DNA from: Muribaculaceae bacterium
GTDB lineage: Bacteria; Bacillota; Clostridia; Lachnospirales; Lachnospiraceae
Length of the DNA stretch: 64,000 bases
Assembly (NCBI GenBank): GCA_023663465.1
Contig: JAMPHJ010000002.1
Location: forward strand, 26,039-90,038
Reading direction: 5' to 3'
Shown here: piece after piece, positions 58,202 to 64,000 of the stretch
Numbering within the stretch: the stretch's first letter is position 1
Layout: each line of letters begins with the position of its first letter
The notes under the pieces: generated by a model
Told to the model about the DNA's origin: nothing
What the model saw: only the letters and a program-made list of their open reading frames with translations
Databases searched by the model: none
Made by a program: the position numbers and the translations under genes

Positions 58202-58217
58202 GAAGATACCCCTTCGT

Positions 58218-60281
58218 CTAGATTGTGAATTGTTTCAACAATTCGGAAAGATCGCCGGCTTTCTTTTGCAGGTTATCGGCAGCAGATTCCAAAGTAGTGA
58301 TAGCATCCTGCTGGGAGGAAACGGTGCGGTGCACATTGGAAGAACCTGCGGCTGTCTGCTCAGATACGGAAGAGATGCTCTCGACCGCATTCAGCGTTGC
58401 ATTTCTGGCCTGCTCCATATTTTCCACATTTTGTATAATGTGGGATAGGGAATCCATCAGAGAATGAATCTGCGTATCCATGTCGTGGAAAGATGACGCC
58501 GTCTGCTGCATTGCGCTTTCCTGCGAGGAAACGGTTTTCTCTGTTGCCTGTGCGATTTCTACGACTTCTTCCGTATTGTGGATGATATCGTCGATAATCT
58601 TCTGAATCTGACCTGCGGAAGATGCAGATTGATCCGCAAGTTCCCTAATTTGTGCGGCAACCACTGCGAAACCGCGTCCCGCTTCGCCGGCTCTTGCCGC
58701 CTCGATGGAAGCGTTTAAGGACAAAAGGTTCGTTTCCTGGGCAATATGGTTGATGCTCTCTACAATCTGTCCGATGGAACGGGATTTTTCCGACAATGTC
58801 TCAATCGCGGCGATAACGTTCTGCGTCATTTCAGAAGTCTGTTTCGCGCTCTGCGTCAGATTCTGCATGGAGGAGATGCCCTCTTCAATGGAAATGCCCG
58901 TAGCGTCGGTCAACGTACTGATTTCATTCGTATCGGCGGTTACGTCCCCGATTCTGCCAGACAAAGTATCCATCTGTGCCATACAGTCCGCCGAGTTTTC
59001 ATCTAAGTTGGATACACCGGATTCAATTTCAAAGATGGCGTTCTGGATATCCCTGGACGTATCAATGAACGTCTGGGCGGAAGAAGATACCTGCCCGGCG
59101 GAATCCGTCAGCGCGTTACTTGCCGTCGTAACGTTGGTAATTAGATTTTTCATATTCACAATCATTGCGTTGACGCCTTCCGCCAGCAGCTTAAATTCGT
59201 CTTTTGCCTTGGAAGTGATGCTGGTCGTAAGATCTCCGCCCGAAACTTTTGTTAGCTGAGATAAAATGTGGTAAATGTTCTTATTAATATGTCCCGAAAT
59301 AATCGTGCCCAATGCGGCTGCAACCAATACCGCAAAAATAACAACGATAATAGTAATGGACTGGATATCAGAAGCCTGTGCGATAATCGTCGCTTTGGGA
59401 ATTAAGGCGCAAATCATCGCATTGTGTCCTGTTAAGGCAGAATACAGGAACAAATAAGTATCGCCCTGCCAGCTGACATATTCCATACCGCTTGTTTCCT
59501 CGGAAGCGATAGCAGTCTGATAGAAATCAGCTTCTGTAAAAATCGTGTCCGTCGTGGCGGAAGCGCCGTCTGGATAAAATTCCGTGCCGTCAAAGGTGAT
59601 GAAGGCTGCATGTCCGCCTTCTCCCACATCGATGGAAGCGAGCGTATCAGCGACAACACTGCGGTTGATATCCACGAGCAGCATTGCCTTGGCGTTACTG
59701 AAACCGCGTACAAGGCGGAGCGAATATTTGGAAGAATCCGTTTCTAATATTTCATCTGCGCTGGACTGATTACCAAAAAGATAAAAATTGAATTTATCCG
59801 CCTTGGCAATCGCGCCTTCCGGCGTTTCCGTATAAGCTGTGTACAAACCTTCTGTTTTGCTTGCTGTGGAAGTAATGGAAGGCTGGTTGTCTGCAATCAG
59901 ATAGATATTGGAAATAAGGGCGTCCGTATTGACTTTACCCTGCAGTTCCTTGGTATAGGTCTTATTCATATTGGTACGGGTCGTGGTGTCCGTATCATAA
60001 GTGCCTTTGAAATATTTCACCACTTCGTCTTCGTTCAGATAAGACTTATAAGAAGAACGGACGGTATCGAGCGCAAGCGTCAGATACTGATTCATCATGT
60101 TTACCGTCTGGGAAGCGGACGTCTCATAACTGGATATAATGCCGTCCGAGGCCTTCTGGTAAGAGATGACGCCAAGCGCAATGATACAAAGTACCGGAAC
60201 CATGAAAGAGGCAATCAGCCTGACACGCAGCTGCTGGTATACCGGAACTTTTTTCTGGGATTTTTTGTTTTTTTCGCTCAT
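58218..60281 (-). CDS. Methyl-accepting chemotaxis protein (Cache-like sensor, HAMP, MCP signal domain)
   Basis: Two TMs flanking an extracellular domain; GDLT...DEF..L HAMP; [26 protein letters not shown]. Confidence 0.95.
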   Translation of the reverse strand: MSEKNKKSQKKVPVYQQLRVRLIASFMVPVLCIIALGVISYQKASDGIISSYETSASQTVNMMNQYLTLALDTVRSSYKSYLNEDEVVKYFKGTYDTDTTTRTNMNKTYTKELQGKVNTDALISNIYLIADNQPSITSTASKTEGLYTAYTETPEGAIAKADKFNFYLFGNQSSADEILETDSSKYSLRLVRGFSNAKAMLLVDINRSVVADTLASIDVGEGGHAAFITFDGTEFYPDGASATTDTIFTEADFYQTAIASEETSGMEYVSWQGDTYLFLYSALTGHNAMICALIPKATIIAQASDIQSITIIVVIFAVLVAAALGTIISGHINKNIYHILSQLTKVSGGDLTTSITSKAKDEFKLLAEGVNAMIVNMKNLITNVTTASNALTDSAGQVSSSAQTFIDTSRDIQNAIFEIESGVSNLDENSADCMAQMDTLSGRIGDVTADTNEISTLTDATGISIEEGISSMQNLTQSAKQTSEMTQNVIAAIETLSEKSRSIGQIVESINHIAQETNLLSLNASIEAARAGEAGRGFAVVAAQIRELADQSASSAGQIQKIIDDIIHNTEEVVEIAQATEKTVSSQESAMQQTASSFHDMDTQIHSLMDSLSHIIQNVENMEQARNATLNAVESISSVSEQTAAGSSNVHRTVSSQQDAITTLESAADNLQKKAGDLSELLKQFTI

Positions 60282-60520
60282 ATGGGAATCCTCCTGCTTT
60301 ATCGTATAAATGCAAATTTTTCGCAATTTTTCGCCAATCTGCCATATATGTATTGAAAAATAACCCTGCTTTTGTCATTATAGCACAAATCAGTTGGATA
60401 GCATAGTAGGAGAAGAAAGAAAATTTTCACAAAAGGGAAAGGGAATCCTCATTGAGTAAAGCAGCAATTTGTGGTAGAATATGGGAAGCAAGTATCTGGG
60501 AAAGGGGCATGGTTATTGAC

Positions 60521-61747
60521 ATGAATTATCAGGAAGCATACAAAAAACTGGAAAAATACGGACAGCTTCACGTCTTAAAGTACTATGAGGAATTAAATCA
60601 GGAACAAAAGGAAACCTTATTGCAGCAGATAGAGGATACGGACATGGAAGTAGTCGCGCTATGCTCCCATAAAGAGGAACTGAAAGAGCGGGGCAGGATT
60701 ACGCCGCTATCGGCGATGCAGCTTTCAGAGATAGAAACGAATAGGGAAGAATTTACGGCGACTGGCATAGAGGCGATAAAAGCCGGTAAAGTAGGAGCCG
60801 TCCTTCTGGCGGGCGGCATGGGCACCAGACTTGGTTCCGACGCCCCCAAAGGGGTATATAACATCGGTCTGACCAAAGAGGTTTACATTTTCCAGCGTCT
60901 GATTGAAAACCTTCTGGACGTGGTGCGGCAGACGGATACATGGATTCACTTGTTTGTCATGACAAGCGATAAGAACCATGAAATGACGACACGTTTTTTT
61001 GCAGAGAAAAATTATTTCGGATACCGCCCGGAGTATATCACATTTTTCATGCAGGATATGGCGCCGGCGACGGATTATGAGGGAAAAATCTATCTGGAAA
61101 CAAAAGAGAAAATGTCTACGTCCCCCAACGGAAACGGCGGCTGGTTTTCTTCCATGATGAAGTGGGGCGTTGTGGATAAAATTCATGAGGCGGGGATTGA
61201 GTGGCTGAATGTGTTTGCGGTGGACAACGTGCTGCAAAGGATTGCAGACCCCTGTTTCGTGGGGGCTACGATTCAGAAAAACTGCGACGTCGGCGCGAAA
61301 GTCGTATGCAAAAACGCGCCGGATGAAAAGATAGGCGTTATCTGTTTAGAGGATGGCAGACCGTCCATCGTAGAGTATTATGAGCTGACGGACGAGCTGA
61401 TGCACGCCCGGGATGAAAACGGGAACCCCGCCTATCGTTTCGGCGTGATTCTGAATTATCTGTTCCGGGAAAAAGCGTTGGAAGATATCTTATCGAGGAA
61501 ACTTCCGCTGCATATCGTTGAGAAGAAGATTCCCTGTCTGGACGAGGATGGGAACCCGGTAAAACCGGAAGAGCCGAACGGCTATAAATATGAGCAGCTT
61601 GTACTGGATATGATTCATGAGCTGGATTCCTGTCTGCCCTATGAGGTTGAGAGAAATTATGAGTTTGCGCCGATTAAGAATAAGACAGGCGTGGATTCGG
61701 TGGAAAGTGCAAGGGCGTTATGTCTGGAAAACGGTATCGAATTGTAA
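60521..61747 (+). CDS. UDPGP-family nucleotidyltransferase (UDP-N-acetylhexosamine pyrophosphorylase-like)
   Basis: LLAGGMGTRLG...PKG, SPNGNGG, VDNVL, IVEYYE, GYKYE and FAPIKN motifs. Confidence 0.9.
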   Translation: MNYQEAYKKLEKYGQLHVLKYYEELNQEQKETLLQQIEDTDMEVVALCSHKEELKERGRITPLSAMQLSEIETNREEFTATGIEAIKAGKVGAVLLAGGMGTRLGSDAPKGVYNIGLTKEVYIFQRLIENLLDVVRQTDTWIHLFVMTSDKNHEMTTRFFAEKNYFGYRPEYITFFMQDMAPATDYEGKIYLETKEKMSTSPNGNGGWFSSMMKWGVVDKIHEAGIEWLNVFAVDNVLQRIADPCFVGATIQKNCDVGAKVVCKNAPDEKIGVICLEDGRPSIVEYYELTDELMHARDENGNPAYRFGVILNYLFREKALEDILSRKLPLHIVEKKIPCLDEDGNPVKPEEPNGYKYEQLVLDMIHELDSCLPYEVERNYEFAPIKNKTGVDSVESARALCLENGIEL

Positions 61748-61880
61748 GGTTTGAACTGTAACGTTTTAGTTAACATTTTGACAAGCTTGAATAACATTCC
61801 GCGCTTGATGGAAAGGGCAGGGTGAGAGTAAAGTATAGTTATCAAAGAAATCATTTCAAAAGTGACGAGGAGGCGTTCTT

Positions 61881-62897
61881 ATGGCAATTTTAGTAACAGG
61901 CGGAGCCGGATATATCGGTTCCCACACAGTAGTGGAATTACAAAATGCGGGTTATGATGTAGTAGTAGTAGACAATTTATGCAACTCCAGCGAGAAATCA
62001 TTACAAAGGGTGGAAAAGATTACCGGCAAGCCGGTTAAATTTTACCGCGCAGACATTCTGGACAGGGATGCGCTGGAAGAAGTATTCGGCAAAGAGCAGA
62101 TTGATTCCTGTATCCACTTCGCAGGGCTGAAAGCCGTTGGGGAATCCGTGGCGAAACCTTGGGAGTATTATCAGAATAATATTGCGGGAACGCTGACCCT
62201 GGTAGACGTCATGAGAAAACACAATGTAAAGAACATCATTTTCTCATCTTCTGCAACTGTATACGGCGACCCCGCTATCATTCCGATTACGGAAGAATGC
62301 CCGAAAGGACAGTGCACGAATCCGTATGGATGGACCAAGTCCATGCTGGAGCAGATTCTTTCCGATATGCAGAAAGCGGATCCTGAATGGAACGTTATCC
62401 TGCTTCGTTATTTCAATCCGATTGGCGCCCACAAGAGCGGAACCATCGGCGAGAATCCGAATGGCATTCCCAACAATCTGATGCCTTACATTACCCAGGT
62501 AGCGGTTGGCAAGTTAAAAGAGCTGGGTGTATTCGGAAACGATTATGACACACCGGACGGCACAGGCGTCCGCGACTATATCCATGTAGTAGACTTGGCG
62601 GTTGGTCATGTGAAGGCATTGAAGAAGATAGAGGAAAAAGCGGGGCTTTGCATTTACAACCTTGGCACAGGCACAGGTTACAGCGTATTGGATATCGTCA
62701 GGAATTTTGAAGAGGCTACCGGCGTAAAGATTCCTTATGTCATCAAAGACAGACGTCCGGGCGATATCGCAACCTGCTACTCCAATGCAGAGAAAGCGAA
62801 AAGAGAGCTTGGCTGGGAAGCGCAGAACGGCATCAAAGAGATGTGCGCAGATTCCTGGAGATGGCAGAGTAATAACCCGAATGGGTATGAAGATTAA
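61881..62897 (+). CDS. galE: UDP-glucose 4-epimerase
   Basis: [41 protein letters not shown] and GVRDYIHV motifs. Confidence 0.97.
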   Translation: MAILVTGGAGYIGSHTVVELQNAGYDVVVVDNLCNSSEKSLQRVEKITGKPVKFYRADILDRDALEEVFGKEQIDSCIHFAGLKAVGESVAKPWEYYQNNIAGTLTLVDVMRKHNVKNIIFSSSATVYGDPAIIPITEECPKGQCTNPYGWTKSMLEQILSDMQKADPEWNVILLRYFNPIGAHKSGTIGENPNGIPNNLMPYITQVAVGKLKELGVFGNDYDTPDGTGVRDYIHVVDLAVGHVKALKKIEEKAGLCIYNLGTGTGYSVLDIVRNFEEATGVKIPYVIKDRRPGDIATCYSNAEKAKRELGWEAQNGIKEMCADSWRWQSNNPNGYED

Positions 62898-62908
62898 ATA
62901 GGAAATAG

Positions 62909-62936
62909 AAAAAGGAGCTGTCCGCAGCTCCTTTTT
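62909..62936. terminator. Bidirectional intrinsic terminator
   Basis: aaaaaggagctg-tccg-cagctccttttt between convergent genes. Confidence 0.85.
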
Positions 62937-62942
62937 ATCCTA

Positions 62943-63593
62943 TTAAGCCACATATAGATACATGAAAATGAAATGGCAGATGCTGCCGCCCATCACGAAG
63001 AGATGGAAAATTTCATGGGAACCGAAGTTCTGGTGTCTGCTGTTAAAAAGAGGCAGCTTCAGGGCGTAAATGACGCCCCCTGCGGTATAGATGATACCGC
63101 CCGCCAAAAGCCAGAGAAACGCGCTATGTGGCAGCGTATTCCAGAGTGTTCCAAACACGCCGAGACATACCCAGCCCATAGAGATATAGATAATAGAAGA
63201 AAACCATTTCGGGCAGGTAATCCATAATGCTTTGATAAGCATCCCCACGATGGCGATGCTCCAGACAACTACCAACAGCGTATATCCTAACTGTCCGCCT
63301 AATACAATCAGACAGACCGGTGTATAAGAACCGGCAATCAGGACGAAAATCATCATATGGTCAATTTTCTGAAAAATTTTTAAAAAGCGGTCTTTGACCA
63401 CGACGCTGTGATAGAGCGTGCTGGCGCCGTAGAGGGCGACCATACTGATCATAAAAACCGTCATTGCTGCGAAAGTGAGCGCACTGTCGGAAACGGCTGC
63501 TTTTATCAAAAGCGGCGTAGAAGCAAAGACGGCAAGCATCATACCGATAAAGTGCGTAATCGCACTGCCGGGTTCACGAATTGTTATTTGCAT
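62943..63593 (-). CDS. Hemolysin III / PAQR-family membrane protein
   Basis: EPGSAITH, STLYH, DHMMIFVLIAGSYTP and HEIFHLFV motifs; about 7 TMs. Confidence 0.93.
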   Translation of the reverse strand: MQITIREPGSAITHFIGMMLAVFASTPLLIKAAVSDSALTFAAMTVFMISMVALYGASTLYHSVVVKDRFLKIFQKIDHMMIFVLIAGSYTPVCLIVLGGQLGYTLLVVVWSIAIVGMLIKALWITCPKWFSSIIYISMGWVCLGVFGTLWNTLPHSAFLWLLAGGIIYTAGGVIYALKLPLFNSRHQNFGSHEIFHLFVMGGSICHFIFMYLYVA

Positions 63594-63758
63594 AATCATC
63601 CTCCATTCTTACGAAACTTCTGTACGTTTTGTATTTTGCACAAATAAGTCTATTCATATTTCGACATGTAGTTTTTAAAACTATGTTATCCATATGGAAA
63701 TACTACTACTTATCATATGCAAAGTCAAGGATGAAATGCATAAAAGAAAAAAATATTT

Positions 63759-64000
63759 TCAGGAATCTTCCTCTATGACGTGGATTTCCAGATAGTCGAA
63801 GTCGATTGTTTCTATGAAATTATCCTGGGTGAAGCGGGTTTTGTCATGCTTTTTAAAATCCTGGATATTAGCGTCTAACCAGATTGGTTTGCCTAAATCG
63901 AACTGATAGCAGACCTCGTCCAAAGCGCGGAAAACCTTGTGCGTCCTTGTGTCTTCCCCATCATCGCAGATTGTCGTATCTTTTAACATACGATTGTCCC
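63759..64000 (-). CDS. Conserved small hypothetical protein; 5' end probably beyond the window
   Basis: The frame is open to the window edge (..DNRMLKDTT); TRTHKVF..L..VC..FDL.KPIW...F...KTRF.QDNF pattern. Confidence 0.7.
   Translation of the reverse strand, partial: DNRMLKDTTICDDGEDTRTHKVFRALDEVCYQFDLGKPIWLDANIQDFKKHDKTRFTQDNFIETIDFDYLEIHVIEEDS

Overview
Bacterial chromosomal window, most consistent with a gut Clostridia/Lachnospiraceae-type Firmicute (inferred from gene families, GGAGG RBSs and TTGACA/TATAAT-type promoters; standard genetic code). About 48 CDS; I found no rRNA, tRNA, CRISPR array, integrase or transposase. The left ~43 kb is a mosaic accessory/defence-like region. It holds (i) an operon cut by the window edge: ClpB-type AAA+ ATPase, PP2C phosphatase, Ser/Thr kinase with six exactly 42-nt-spaced TMPQ repeats, polytopic membrane protein, then sbcD-sbcC; (ii) a GNAT::AEP-primase::SF2-helicase::degenerate-PLD fusion; (iii) an agr-like LytTR/GHKL pair with a lipoprotein; (iv) a NERD-HRDC gene split by an in-frame TAG and an XRE-Zn-ribbon::GNAT fusion; (v) an AT-rich LlaJI-like restriction-modification island (small regulator, two C5 MTases, McrB-like, McrC-like, Vsr); (vi) a VTC-DUF4956-Cthe_2159 operon; (vii) a second R-M-like cassette (two amino-MTases, HNH nuclease) followed by a 1637-aa exonuclease-RecQ-UvrD triple fusion. 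The right part is mostly ordinary signalling, transport and housekeeping genes, plus a tandem palindromic 73-bp repeat in a 5' UTR and an orphan YefM antitoxin. The best candidates for an undescribed system are the AAA+/PP2C/repeat-kinase/membrane operon, the MTase-MTase-HNH-dual-helicase cassette and the GNAT-primase-helicase fusion. All family calls come from reading motifs by eye; no database search was run.
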